Positions 39,815-50,061 of a DNA stretch of 64,000 bases are shown piece by piece; the stretch's first letter is position 1; each line of letters begins with the position of its first letter. Location of the stretch: assembly GCA_041687355.1 (NCBI GenBank), contig JAWLCD010000011.1:2217-66216 (forward strand). Reading direction: 5' to 3'. The DNA is from Clostridia bacterium. GTDB lineage: Bacteria > Bacillota > Clostridia > Acetivibrionales > UBA4821. Below the pieces are notes generated by a model. It searched no databases. It was not told the origin of the DNA and saw only the letters and a list, made by a program, of their open reading frames with translations. The position numbers and the translations under genes were made by a program.

Positions 39815-40914
39815 TTTCAGCGCCGGAGGTGAGCCAACTGCAGGAGTTAACTGTAAACCTGGGAGAGAGGAGTTATGTAATTTATATCTCCTCCTCCTTT
39901 GATAATCTGAATAAGATTTTTAAGCCTTATAAATCTTTAAAGGCCCTAATTATATCAGATTCAAATGTTAGCCAGTTTTATACCCGGTCATGCATGGAAC
40001 AGCTCGAAGAGGCCGGATTAAAGGTGTTTGCTAATGCTTTTCCTGCAGGTGAAGAGAGTAAGAATCTTGACACGGTGAAAAGCATATACAGGGTCTGCAA
40101 GGATATCAGGCTTGAAAGGTGCGATGTTTTGGTTGCACTTGGAGGAGGAGTTGTAGGTGATGTGGCAGGTTTTGCTGCTGCGACATACCTCCGGGGAATT
40201 GATTTTGTGCAGATTCCTACCTCGCTTCTTGCACAGTGTGACAGCAGTGTGGGAGGAAAGGTTGGAGTCGATTTTGAAGGAGCCAAGAACCTTGTTGGGG
40301 CGTTCTATCAGCCCAAAGCTGTATATATAAATGTAAATACCCTGAGAACTCTTCCAAAAAGGGAATTTGTATCCGGCCTTGCAGAGGTAGTGAAACATGG
40401 AATTATAGGGGATGAGAATTTATTTGGATACCTTGAAGAAAACTATGAAGGCTTTCTTTCACAGAAAGAGGAAATACTTCAACATGTGATAAAGACAAAC
40501 TGCTCAATCAAGTCCAGGATTATCGAACAGGACGAGAGGGAGAACCAGTTGAGAGCAGTCCTTAACCTCGGGCATACCGTAGGCCATGCAATTGAAAGTG
40601 TGCTTGGGTTTTCGCTTCTTCACGGTGAGTGTGTCTCACTTGGGATGGCTGCTGCCTGTAATGTTTCAAGAGAAATGGGAGTAATCAGCGGGCAGGACGC
40701 AGATAGGATTACAAGGCTGTTGTCAAAATTTGGCCTGCCGGTAAACTATAAGAATCTTGAAGTTGATAATGTGATAAATCAGATGAGCCTTGACAAGAAA
40801 ATTTCCGGTGGTAAGTTGAACTTTATCCTGCCCGAAAGAATCGGAAGCGTAATACAGTGTAAGGAAATACCGGAAGACATTATAAGGCGTTCGGTATGTA
40901 TGATTTTAAAATAA
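39811..40914 (+). CDS. aroB: 3-dehydroquinate synthase
   Basis: VALGGGVVGDVAGFAAATYLRGIDFVQIPTSLLAQCDSSVGGKVGVD; GHTVGHAIE; ATGA overlap with ileS. Confidence 0.95.
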   Translation: MISAPEVSQLQELTVNLGERSYVIYISSSFDNLNKIFKPYKSLKALIISDSNVSQFYTRSCMEQLEEAGLKVFANAFPAGEESKNLDTVKSIYRVCKDIRLERCDVLVALGGGVVGDVAGFAAATYLRGIDFVQIPTSLLAQCDSSVGGKVGVDFEGAKNLVGAFYQPKAVYINVNTLRTLPKREFVSGLAEVVKHGIIGDENLFGYLEENYEGFLSQKEEILQHVIKTNCSIKSRIIEQDERENQLRAVLNLGHTVGHAIESVLGFSLLHGECVSLGMAAACNVSREMGVISGQDADRITRLLSKFGLPVNYKNLEVDNVINQMSLDKKISGGKLNFILPERIGSVIQCKEIPEDIIRRSVCMILK

Positions 40915-41179
40915 GGTAGGGGGACGCGTCATTCGCTGGGCTCAAGAAACGTGCCTCTTTGAATACGAGGGACGCGACCATTCGCTCCGCTCAAGGAGTT
41001 TCCCCCTCTGCACAAATCAAATAACCAGAATAAACTCCAGGCTATATTGACAAAATAATTGTCAAATGTTAGTTTGATATAAGCATAGAATACAGTGCGA
41101 AAAGGTGTACTACCAATATATAAGGCATCAGGATTTGTAAGACCGAATTTTAATAACTATATCATTTAGGGAGAGAACT

Positions 41180-42355
41180 ATGGAGACTAGAATCTACTTG
41201 GATCATGCAGCCACAACACCTGTAAAAAGCGAAGTTCTTGAGGCAATGCTGCCTTACTTCAGCGATAAGTACGGCAATCCGTCTTCAGTGTATTCCATAG
41301 GCAGGGAAAGCAGGAAAGCAATCGACGAAGCAAGGGAACGTGTAGCTAGTGCCATTGGTGCACAGTCAAAGGAGATATTCTTTACTTCCGGAGGCAGTGA
41401 ATCGGATAACTGGGCTATAAAAGGTGTTGCCTATGCAAACAGAGCCAGGGGTAATCACATAATTACTTCTTCAATTGAGCATCATGCAGTACTTAATACT
41501 TGTAGATACCTTGAAGATGATGGGTTTGAGGTTACTTACCTTCCGGTTGACTCAAACGGTCTGGTATCCCCTGAACAGCTCAGGGAGGCTATTAAACCAA
41601 CAACCACAGTTATTTCAGTCATGTTTGCGAACAACGAGATTGGAACCATACAGCCCATAAAAGAGATAGGAAAGATTGCAAGGGAGAAAGGAATATACTT
41701 TCACACTGATGCTGTCCAGGCTGTAGGCAACATACCAATAGATGTTGATGAGTTGAATATAGACATGCTCTCTCTTTCCGCACATAAGTTTTATGGACCC
41801 AAAGGGATGGGGGCATTGTATGTACGAAAAAACGTAAAGCTGGCTTCCTTTATACAAGGTGGTGGACAGGAAAGAGGCAGGAGAGCAGGAACCGAGAATA
41901 TAGCTGGCATTGTTGGTTTGGGAAAAGCCATACAACTGGCGGTTGAGAATTTAGATGATTATAATAGCAGGATTAGACACCTCAGGGATATGATTATAAA
42001 TGGTATAAAAGAAAGAATTCCTTTTGTAAGACTCAATGGTGACCCTGAAAAGAGGCTTCCTGGTAATGTTAATATATCTTTTGAATTTGTTGAAGGTGAA
42101 TCTCTTCTGCTCATGCTGGATATGAAGGGTATAGCGGCATCAAGTGGTTCGGCATGCTCTTCAGGTTCTCTTGACCCGTCACATGTTCTTCTCGCTGTAG
42201 GTTTGAGTCATGAAGTAGCGCACGGCTCTCTGAGGATGACCGTAGGCGAGGATAATACTGAGGAAGATATAAGGTATGTACTTGATGTTCTTCCGCCAAT
42301 TGTCGAGCGGCTCAGGGAGATGTCGCCGCTGTATGAAAAAGAAAAGAGGGGATAG
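41180..42355 (+). CDS. nifS: Cysteine desulfurase NifS/IscS
   Basis: IYLDHAATTPV; SLSAHKFYGPKGMGALYVR; SGSACSSGSLDPSHVL. Confidence 0.96.
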   Translation: METRIYLDHAATTPVKSEVLEAMLPYFSDKYGNPSSVYSIGRESRKAIDEARERVASAIGAQSKEIFFTSGGSESDNWAIKGVAYANRARGNHIITSSIEHHAVLNTCRYLEDDGFEVTYLPVDSNGLVSPEQLREAIKPTTTVISVMFANNEIGTIQPIKEIGKIAREKGIYFHTDAVQAVGNIPIDVDELNIDMLSLSAHKFYGPKGMGALYVRKNVKLASFIQGGGQERGRRAGTENIAGIVGLGKAIQLAVENLDDYNSRIRHLRDMIINGIKERIPFVRLNGDPEKRLPGNVNISFEFVEGESLLLMLDMKGIAASSGSACSSGSLDPSHVLLAVGLSHEVAHGSLRMTVGEDNTEEDIRYVLDVLPPIVERLREMSPLYEKEKRG

Positions 42356-42357
42356 CA

Positions 42358-42795
42358 ATGTATAGTGAAAAGGTTATGGATCATTTTATGAACCCCAGGA
42401 ATGTCGGGGAAATTGAAGATGCCGATGGTATTGGTGAGGTTGGCAATGCCAAGTGTGGAGATATAATGAAGATGTATCTCAAAATTGAGAATGACGTCAT
42501 TGTAGATGCCAAATTCAAGACATTTGGATGCGGTGCGGCTGTAGCAACAAGTAGTATGGCTACAGAACTGGTTAAAGGTAAAACCATAGAAGAAGCTTTG
42601 AAACTTAGCAACAAGGCAGTTGCAGAGGCACTTGACGGACTGCCTCCGGTGAAGATGCACTGCTCGAATCTTGCTGAGGAAGCAATAAAGGCTGCTGTTG
42701 ATGATTACCTGGTAAAGATAGGGAGGAGAAGCGAGCTGACCATGCAGTGTAAAGGCTGTTGTGAAAAGTGTCATGAGGGGATTGAAGATGAGTGA
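42358..42795 (+). CDS. iscU: Fe-S cluster scaffold protein IscU/NifU N-terminal type
   Basis: [34 protein letters not shown]; [23 protein letters not shown]; [11 protein letters not shown]. Confidence 0.95.
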   Translation: MYSEKVMDHFMNPRNVGEIEDADGIGEVGNAKCGDIMKMYLKIENDVIVDAKFKTFGCGAAVATSSMATELVKGKTIEEALKLSNKAVAEALDGLPPVKMHCSNLAEEAIKAAVDDYLVKIGRRSELTMQCKGCCEKCHEGIEDE

Positions 42796-43874
42796 TGAAG
42801 AAGTCTGTGTTAGTTGCAATGAGCGGGGGCGTGGATAGTTCAGTGGCCGCCGCTCTTTTGGTTGAGCAGGGTTATGAGGTTATAGGGATTACTATGAAAC
42901 TGCGGCAGGACGAAGAACTAAGTATAAGTGAAAATGGCTGCTGTTCACTTGAAGCAGTTGAGGATGCAAGAAGGGTAGCAGAAATACTGGGTATACCCCA
43001 CTATGTACTTAACTTTTCAGAAGAATTCAGAGCCAAAGTTATTGATTATTTTATTGACCAATACAGCAAAGGATATACCCCAAACCCCTGTATTGCGTGC
43101 AATAGGCATATTAAGTTTGACCTGCTTCTTAACAAGGCCAGAACAATGGGGATTGACTATATTTCAACCGGACATTATGCCAGGATTGAATATGACCCGG
43201 TGAGGAAAAGATGGCTTCTTAAGAAGTCTTTATCGACTGCAAAAGACCAGACTTATGCACTCTATAACATGACTCAGTACCAGTTGGAGCATACTCTGTT
43301 CCCAATAGGGCAATACACAGATAAGGAAAGAATAAGGAGCATAGCAGCAAAGCTTGGTTTGCGCGTTGCGGATAAACCTGATAGTCAGGATATATGTTTT
43401 ATTGATGATGACTACGGAAGCTATGTAGAAAACAGATGCCCGGGCAAGGTTAAATCTGGAGATATTGTAGATACAGACGGCAATGTACTTGGAAAGCACA
43501 GGGGTATTGTTTACTATACCATAGGACAGAGAAAAGGACTGGGACTTGCACTTGGTAAACCCGCATATGTGGTTGCGGTTAATCCACAGAGAAATGAGGT
43601 AGTTGTTGGGGAGCCTGAAAAGGTTTACTCCTTGGGCCTGATTGCGAAGGACATCAATCTGATTGCAGTAGAAAGCCTTGAGGACAAATTGAAGGTGACT
43701 GCAAAGATAAGGTATGCAGCAAGTGAGGCAGAGGCGTTCATTGAACTGATAGAGGGAAGAAAAATGAAAGTAACATTCGAAGAGAAGCAGAGGGCTGTGA
43801 CTCCAGGCCAGTCTGTTGTGTTTTACACCGGTGATATTGTGGTTGGAGGAGGAATAATTGAATCTGCAGTTTAA
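42795..43874 (+). CDS. mnmA: tRNA-specific 2-thiouridylase
   Basis: [32 protein letters not shown]; [16 protein letters not shown]; ATGA overlap with iscU. Confidence 0.96.
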   Translation: MKKSVLVAMSGGVDSSVAAALLVEQGYEVIGITMKLRQDEELSISENGCCSLEAVEDARRVAEILGIPHYVLNFSEEFRAKVIDYFIDQYSKGYTPNPCIACNRHIKFDLLLNKARTMGIDYISTGHYARIEYDPVRKRWLLKKSLSTAKDQTYALYNMTQYQLEHTLFPIGQYTDKERIRSIAAKLGLRVADKPDSQDICFIDDDYGSYVENRCPGKVKSGDIVDTDGNVLGKHRGIVYYTIGQRKGLGLALGKPAYVVAVNPQRNEVVVGEPEKVYSLGLIAKDINLIAVESLEDKLKVTAKIRYAASEAEAFIELIEGRKMKVTFEEKQRAVTPGQSVVFYTGDIVVGGGIIESAV

Positions 43875-44035
43875 TATCAAATGACGGTGGTAAGAGCCTG
43901 CAGCAGGAATAAAGTTAAGAATGAACTATCTAGTTACCCATCGGGATACATCGGAAAGCAATAAATGTTGGATAAATCAGGGATATAGTATAGAATATAT
44001 TTATAGAGGTAAATATCCCGAAGGGAGAAGAAATA

Positions 44036-45070
44036 ATGAATATAAATATTCTGGACAGAATAATCCAGGACGGGGGTCTGCTCAGAACCCAGATTGGAAT
44101 AAATGGATGGGAAGACAGTGTAATAATCTCTCATAACAGCAATATAATACAGATAAACCTTGCTCCTGTTTATTACAGCATGGCTGTAATGGCAGGTGAC
44201 CTTATCAGATGCAAGTATCATTATGATGGAGTGGAATATCTGATGGAAGGCCAAATTGAACAGGTTACCATAAATGAGATTCCTTCAATGTTCATCAGAA
44301 TTCATAATGTGAGTAACTTCAATAATAAACGTAAGAACCGAAGGTTGGATGTGCGTCTGGGGGCTGGGGTCAGGCTGAAAGAAAGTGATGAGCTTACATA
44401 CTATTGCATTGTTAACAACCTGAGTACCAGCGGCCTGGGACTATTAGCAAAAAGGAGCTTTGATATTGGAAGCAGTATAATAGTAGAGGTATTAACAAGT
44501 AGCCAGAATACTTTTTCTCTAAGAGGGCAAGTTGTAAGGCAGATGAAAATAGAAGACTATTATGAAATAGGTATAAGCTTGAGTGAGAAGGATGAAGCGG
44601 CCAGAAAAGATGTGGAATATATTATTAGTAATTACTATGAGCTCAGTGAGAAGCTTATAGGGGATACAATTGAGAAAGTAAACCGGAATACCAGTGGTGT
44701 ACCGAAGAACCAGACTGTCATGATTGTGGAGGATAGTCATTTTACAAGAATAATCATAAAAAAGCTTCTATCCCTGCAGGGGTTCTCAAGGATTATCGAA
44801 GTAGCAGACGGACCTCAGGCGTTAAGCCTCGCAGGAAAATTAAAACCGGATATAATAATTCTTGATATTATTCTCCCAACAGTAAACGGCAACGAGATAA
44901 TTGAAGAGATACATAAGTCCAGTTCCGATTCCAGGATTATTGTGGTCTCAACCGTAAGCAGCAGAAAGATGATTGACGAGGTTAAGACCAAGGGAGTATG
45001 TGAATATGTTATCAAGCCTTTTGACCATAAGGAATTGGTTGAGGTTGTTGAGAGAATTTCAAAATTATAA
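44036..45070 (+). CDS. PilZ-domain/response-regulator receiver fusion
   Basis: RKNRRLDVRLGAGVRLKE (RxxxR) with NLSTSGLGLLA (D/NxSxxG); C-terminal CheY-like domain VMIVEDSHFTRIIIKKLL...PDIIILDIILPTVNG...KPFD. Confidence 0.87.
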   Translation: MNINILDRIIQDGGLLRTQIGINGWEDSVIISHNSNIIQINLAPVYYSMAVMAGDLIRCKYHYDGVEYLMEGQIEQVTINEIPSMFIRIHNVSNFNNKRKNRRLDVRLGAGVRLKESDELTYYCIVNNLSTSGLGLLAKRSFDIGSSIIVEVLTSSQNTFSLRGQVVRQMKIEDYYEIGISLSEKDEAARKDVEYIISNYYELSEKLIGDTIEKVNRNTSGVPKNQTVMIVEDSHFTRIIIKKLLSLQGFSRIIEVADGPQALSLAGKLKPDIIILDIILPTVNGNEIIEEIHKSSSDSRIIVVSTVSSRKMIDEVKTKGVCEYVIKPFDHKELVEVVERISKL

Positions 45071-45084
45071 GGGGTGCAAGCAAA

Positions 45085-46470
45085 ATGAAACTTTTTAATA
45101 CCCTTACTAAGGGTAAGGACCAATTTGAACCTATTGAAAACAACATGGTGAGGATGTATTCCTGCGGTCCTACTGTCTACATGTATGCGCACATAGGCAA
45201 CCTTCGCACCTATGTATTTATGGATATTCTGCGGAGAGTGCTTAAGTATAATGGCTACAAGGTAAAACACGTTATGAACATCACTGATGTAGGACACCTA
45301 CTGTCAGATGCCGATGAGGGCGAGGACAAAATGGTCAAATCTGCCAGAGAGCAGAAAAAAAGTCCGTGGGAGATAGCAGAATACTTTACAGAAGCATTCT
45401 TTGAAGATGTTGAACAGCTGAATATTGAAAAGCCGGAGGTCATATGCAAGGCTACCGAACACATAGACGAGATGCTGGAGTTTGTTCAGGGCCTTGTTGA
45501 GAAAGGGTACGGTTATGAGATAGGAGACGGCATATACTATGATGTTTCAAAGTTCAAAGAATATGGAAAACTTTCGGGGATATCGCTGGAAGAGCAGATG
45601 GCAGGTGCAAGGGTTGAGGTAAATGATGAGAAAAGGCATCCTGCAGATTTTGCCCTTTGGAAAAAAGCCACAAAAGAACATATAATGCAGTGGGATAGTC
45701 CATGGGGGCCTGGATATCCGGGCTGGCACATCGAGTGCTCAGCAATGGGAAAGAAGTATCTGGGATACAGGTTTGATATACACACCGGTGGGGTTGACCA
45801 TATTCCTATCCATCATGAGAATGAGATTGCACAGTCGTGTGGACTGCTGGGTGCACAGCCGGTAAATTTCTGGGTTCACGGTGAGTTCCTGCTTGTGGAT
45901 GGTGGAAAGATGTCCAAAAGCCTGGGGAATACCTATACCATAAGAGACCTAAAAGAAAAGGGCTTTGAGCCTATGGCCTATAGATTTTTCTGCTATAATG
46001 CCCATTACAGGAGTAAGCTGAATTTTACCTGGGATGGATTAAAGAGTGCACAGGCTTCCCTGGAAAAACTCAGAGAAGGTGTTCTGGCACACTCTAAAGG
46101 CGAGAGTGAAATAGGGCAAGAAGAAATTGACCTGCTGAAGGAGGAGTTTTTGGAAGCCGTAAATGATGACCTGAATATCCCGCGCGCCATGGTTGTGGTT
46201 TGGAAGATAGTCAAAGACCCTAGAAAATCAATGCAGTTCCGGGATTTGCTGTATGACTTTGACAGAGTCCTGGGACTGAGACTAGATAAGGTAACTGAGA
46301 AGAAAGAAGAGGAATTCGGGCCGGAGATTATGCAGCTGGTTGAACAGCGTCAGCAGGCACGAGCCAATAAGGACTGGAAGACGGCGGACCAGCTCAGGGA
46401 TAGGCTGAAATCTATGGGTATAGTTGTTGAAGATACCCCTGAAGGCCCCAAGATTAAAAGGGAAGAATAG
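45085..46470 (+). CDS. cysS: Cysteinyl-tRNA synthetase
   Basis: VRMYSCGPTVYMYAHIGNLRTYVFMDIL; GWHIECSAM; KMSKSLGN. Confidence 0.97.
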   Translation: MKLFNTLTKGKDQFEPIENNMVRMYSCGPTVYMYAHIGNLRTYVFMDILRRVLKYNGYKVKHVMNITDVGHLLSDADEGEDKMVKSAREQKKSPWEIAEYFTEAFFEDVEQLNIEKPEVICKATEHIDEMLEFVQGLVEKGYGYEIGDGIYYDVSKFKEYGKLSGISLEEQMAGARVEVNDEKRHPADFALWKKATKEHIMQWDSPWGPGYPGWHIECSAMGKKYLGYRFDIHTGGVDHIPIHHENEIAQSCGLLGAQPVNFWVHGEFLLVDGGKMSKSLGNTYTIRDLKEKGFEPMAYRFFCYNAHYRSKLNFTWDGLKSAQASLEKLREGVLAHSKGESEIGQEEIDLLKEEFLEAVNDDLNIPRAMVVVWKIVKDPRKSMQFRDLLYDFDRVLGLRLDKVTEKKEEEFGPEIMQLVEQRQQARANKDWKTADQLRDRLKSMGIVVEDTPEGPKIKREE

Positions 46471-46490
46471 AGTAAATTAACAAGCATTTG

Positions 46491-46555
46491 CAATGGGGGG
46501 ATGATTCCAGGACTCATTTCAAAGCGAGTCCCGGAACCAGCCCCCATTAATTTGA
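46491..46555. terminator. Long imperfect hairpin downstream of cysS
   Basis: AATGGGGGGATGATTCCAGGACTC...GAGTCCCGGAACCAGCCCCCATT. Confidence 0.75.
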
Positions 46556-46611
46556 CACTAAGACCGGACCCATGTTAAAATCTGAGAAAACAATCCGGGG
46601 GGAGTAGATAA

Positions 46612-47925
46612 GTGTTTATTTCAGAAGCATTAAGCGTGAATGATAAGGGGCACCTTACGATAGGAGGCTGTGATTGTGTGGAACTGGCCAAGGAATATCA
46701 AACCCCTTTATATATTTTGGATGAAGAACTTATCCGAAAAACCTGCCGGGAATTTAATACTGCCATTGACAAGTATTATGACGGCAGAGGTCTTGTTCTA
46801 TACGCCTCAAAGGCTTTCTGTTCACTAGCACTTTGCAGAATTGCCGAGCAGGAAGGAATGGGTCTTGACGTAGTGTCGGGAGGAGAACTATACACTGCAA
46901 TTAAGGCGGGATTTCCCTCTGACAAAATATATTTCCACGGGAACAATAAAACCCTTGACGAGCTTAAAATGGCACTGGATTATACAGTCGGAAGAATAGT
47001 GGTAGACAGCTTTGAAGAGCTGGATATCCTGGATAGGATTGCTGCCTCAAAGAACAAGACTGCAGATATATTGTTCAGGGTAAAGCCGGGTATCGATGCA
47101 CATACCCACGAGTTTATCAAAACCGGACAGATTGATTCCAAGTTTGGATTTGCTCTTGAAAACGGAGAGGCTTTTGATGTAGTGCAGAAAGCCTGCACAC
47201 TGACGAATATAAATATAGTGGGGCTGCACTGCCATATTGGGTCACAGATATTTGAAATTGAGCCGTTTGAGGAAGCAGCAAAGGTAATGATGGGTTTCAT
47301 TTCGGACATAAGGGACAAACTGGGACTCAGCATAGATGAACTCAATCTTGGTGGTGGTTTTGGTATAAAATATGTATCCGGTGACAAGCCTCTTGAATTC
47401 GGTAGGCATATTGAAGCTATTGCCTCAGTTGTTAAATCCACTGCGAAGGAGAAAAACCTTAAAATACCGAAGCTGATAATAGAACCCGGGAGGGCTGTTA
47501 CCGCACCGGCAGGAATAACACTCTATACGGTTGGTACCATAAAGGATATTCCCGGTATACGTAAGTATATTTCGGTTGACGGCGGAATGACCGATAACCC
47601 CAGGTACGCTCTCTATCAGGCCGAATATGAAGCTGTAATTGCAAACAGGACTCTTGATCCAAGGGTTGAGAAGGTAACTATTGCGGGTAAGTGCTGTGAA
47701 TCAGGTGATATAATTGCCAGGGATGTGGATATGCCGCCGGTGAATGCCGGAGACTATCTTGCAGTTCTGGTAACCGGGGCATATAATTATTCCATGTCCA
47801 GCAATTACAACAGGATACCCAGACCGGCCGCAATATTGGTCAGGGAGGGAAGGTCAAGGGTAATTGTTAAAAGAGAGGACTATAATGACCTGTTAAGGAA
47901 TGATATTTTACCTGAAGATATCTAG
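46612..47925 (+). CDS. lysA: Diaminopimelate decarboxylase
   Basis: YASKAFCSLALCRIAEQEGMGLDVVSGGELYTA; GLHCHIGSQIF; GGGFGIKY; CCESGDIIA. Confidence 0.96.
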   Translation: MFISEALSVNDKGHLTIGGCDCVELAKEYQTPLYILDEELIRKTCREFNTAIDKYYDGRGLVLYASKAFCSLALCRIAEQEGMGLDVVSGGELYTAIKAGFPSDKIYFHGNNKTLDELKMALDYTVGRIVVDSFEELDILDRIAASKNKTADILFRVKPGIDAHTHEFIKTGQIDSKFGFALENGEAFDVVQKACTLTNINIVGLHCHIGSQIFEIEPFEEAAKVMMGFISDIRDKLGLSIDELNLGGGFGIKYVSGDKPLEFGRHIEAIASVVKSTAKEKNLKIPKLIIEPGRAVTAPAGITLYTVGTIKDIPGIRKYISVDGGMTDNPRYALYQAEYEAVIANRTLDPRVEKVTIAGKCCESGDIIARDVDMPPVNAGDYLAVLVTGAYNYSMSSNYNRIPRPAAILVREGRSRVIVKREDYNDLLRNDILPEDI

Positions 47926-47935
47926 GAGACAGTGA

Positions 47936-47995
47936 GACAGGGGACGGTTCTCTGACTCACGAAATGAGTCAGAGAACCGTCCCCTGTCTCATTTA
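47936..47995. terminator. Near-perfect long palindrome downstream of lysA (GACAGGGGACGGTTCTCTG family)
   Basis: GAGACAGGGGACGGTTCTCTGACTCA-CGAAA-TGAGTCAGAGAACCGTCCCCTGTCTC: 26-bp perfect arms. Confidence 0.9.
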
Positions 47996-48011
47996 AGAAA
48001 TGGAGGGGAGT

Positions 48012-48872
48012 ATGAAGTCGAAGTCAATTAGCATAGAGGCTCCAGCCAAAATAAACCTTTTTCTAGATGTGCTGAGGAAAAGGTCTGACGGATATCATGA
48101 TCTAAAGATGGTTATGCAGACCGTAAGCCTGTATGACACTGTACACTTATTCAGAACCGGTGCCGGTATTGAGGTAACATGCCAGTGCCCAGGGGTTCCG
48201 GACGGAGAAGGGAATATAGCGTTTAAGGCAGCGAGATTGATGTTTGACCATTTCAGACTGACAGAGGGAATCAGAATCACAATTAAAAAAAGAATCCCTG
48301 CTGCCGCCGGGCTTGCAGGAGGAAGTGCCGATGCAGCAGCAGTTATGAAAGGTATAAACAGGCTTTTTGACCTTGAACTGGACGTCCGGACTCTTGCACA
48401 GATGGGTAAAGAAATCGGAGCTGATGTGCCTTTTTGTATAATGGGAGGTACATATACTTCTGAGGGAATAGGAGAGATTCTGACACCGCTGGAGTCCTTC
48501 CTGCAAGTGCCTGTTGTATTGGTGAAGCCGGATTTCAGTGTGTCCACTGCATATGTTTTCTCAAAGTACGGAAACAGCAATTGTACATACAGTAAAAATA
48601 TTATCAGGCTTCAAGATGCAGTTCAAAGACATGATATCAGAGAGGTTGGGTCAAGTCTCTTTAATGCATTGGAGCAGGTAACTGCCGAAGAATTCACGGA
48701 TATAGGGGAAATAAAAACCGTCCTTAATGAAAAGGGTGCTGCAGGAAGTCTGATGTCAGGAAGCGGACCGTCAGTATTCGGGCTGTTTGAGGACGAAGAA
48801 ACTGCACAAAGTGCTTTTGATATTTTAAAGAATATGTATAAGGATACCTACCTGCTGCAAACCTGCCGGTAG
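48012..48872 (+). CDS. ispE: 4-diphosphocytidyl-2-C-methyl-D-erythritol kinase
   Basis: IEAPAKINLFLDVLRKRSDGYHDLKMVMQTVSLYD; IPAAAGLAGGSADAAAVM; GSLMSGSGPSVFGLF. Confidence 0.95.
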   Translation: MKSKSISIEAPAKINLFLDVLRKRSDGYHDLKMVMQTVSLYDTVHLFRTGAGIEVTCQCPGVPDGEGNIAFKAARLMFDHFRLTEGIRITIKKRIPAAAGLAGGSADAAAVMKGINRLFDLELDVRTLAQMGKEIGADVPFCIMGGTYTSEGIGEILTPLESFLQVPVVLVKPDFSVSTAYVFSKYGNSNCTYSKNIIRLQDAVQRHDIREVGSSLFNALEQVTAEEFTDIGEIKTVLNEKGAAGSLMSGSGPSVFGLFEDEETAQSAFDILKNMYKDTYLLQTCR

Positions 48873-48894
48873 AAGAAGTGTAAAGTATTCTTTA

Positions 48895-48946
48895 AAGCGG
48901 TAATAAGTCTGGACTGGCAACCATGTCAGTCCAGACTTATTACCGC
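48895..48946. terminator. Perfect 21-bp-arm palindrome downstream of ispE
   Basis: AGCGGTAATAAGTCTGGACTG-GCAACCATGT-CAGTCCAGACTTATTACCGCT. Confidence 0.85.
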
Positions 48947-48997
48947 TTTCATATGCGGATAATACCCAGCATACAATATTTGTACGGGGGGATATAT

Positions 48998-50005
48998 ATG
49001 AATATTTCTGAAGCACAGCAGGCAGCAGAGCAGTTTGGAATAACAGGAAGATTATATTTAGTCAAGGATATGGCGAGAATAGAAACCATAGATGGAGTAA
49101 AGATTATCAGAAAAGTTAACTATGGTATTGAACGACTAATGTTTGTACACGAGGTCAAGGAGCATCTGGTCAGCAGAGGATTCCGCTTTGTAGACCGCTT
49201 TCATCGAGCTTGTGGGGGATGCCCCTATGCAGCGTTAAATAATGATATATATGTAATGAATGATTGCATAAACGGTAAGGAGTGCGATTTTGACAACATG
49301 ACACACATAAGGTGTGCAGTGGAAACCTTGGCGAGGTTTCACAGCTGTTCAACCGGATATACACCGTCGGATCGGGTAAAGGTAAGGAATGAGCTCGGAA
49401 AACTTCCGGCAGTATTAAAAAAACGGAGTGATGAACTGCTTAAATTAAAGAAAATTGCAAAGAAGGGAAAAAACAGATTTGACTATCTCTACATGAATAA
49501 CGTTGACTTCTTTATCGAGAGAAGCCTGAGTTCACTAAGAATTATAAATTCGCCTTCTTACAGTAGACTTGTTGAGATTGCTGAAAAGGACAGGGGAATA
49601 TGCCATAGGGATTATTCATATCATAATCTGATATTTGACAGAGAGGGGAACCTCCATATACATAATTTTGATTACTGCTGTTTTGAGATAAGGGTGTATG
49701 ATCTTGTTAGTTTCTTAAGAAAAATCATGAGTGAATGTAACTGGAATGTTGATGTTGCAATGAATGTTGTTAACTGGTATGATACAGTCAATAAACTGAG
49801 CAAGGATGAATTAAGGATTATTGCAGCCTTGATGGAGTATCCCCAGAGATTCTGGAGAATTGCGAACAGGTATTATAACAGCAGGAGAACCCGTCCGGAG
49901 ACAGGGTTCTACAATAAGCTTTCAGATGCTGTATCGGAGAAGGAGTTTTATAAAGAGTATATTAAGAAGTTTAAAGAGAACATTGCTCCGGAGATTTGTG
50001 AGTAA
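48998..50005 (+). CDS. CotS/CotI family spore coat kinase-like protein
   Basis: FRFVDRFHRACGGCPYAALNNDIYVMNDCINGKECDF; GICHRDYSYHNLIFDREGNLHIHNFDYCCFEIRVYDLVSFLRK. Confidence 0.85.
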   Translation: MNISEAQQAAEQFGITGRLYLVKDMARIETIDGVKIIRKVNYGIERLMFVHEVKEHLVSRGFRFVDRFHRACGGCPYAALNNDIYVMNDCINGKECDFDNMTHIRCAVETLARFHSCSTGYTPSDRVKVRNELGKLPAVLKKRSDELLKLKKIAKKGKNRFDYLYMNNVDFFIERSLSSLRIINSPSYSRLVEIAEKDRGICHRDYSYHNLIFDREGNLHIHNFDYCCFEIRVYDLVSFLRKIMSECNWNVDVAMNVVNWYDTVNKLSKDELRIIAALMEYPQRFWRIANRYYNSRRTRPETGFYNKLSDAVSEKEFYKEYIKKFKENIAPEICE

Positions 50006-50061
50006 ACAAGACTACTGTGGTTCTATGGCTAACTTTCCGATTTATACTGGAGGGAAATAAT

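Noticed and set aside
40920-41000. Short imperfect direct repeats GGGACGCG(T/A)C..ATTCGCT..GCTCAAG
   Set aside because: Only two degenerate copies about 50 nt apart; not enough to call a repeat family or CRISPR.
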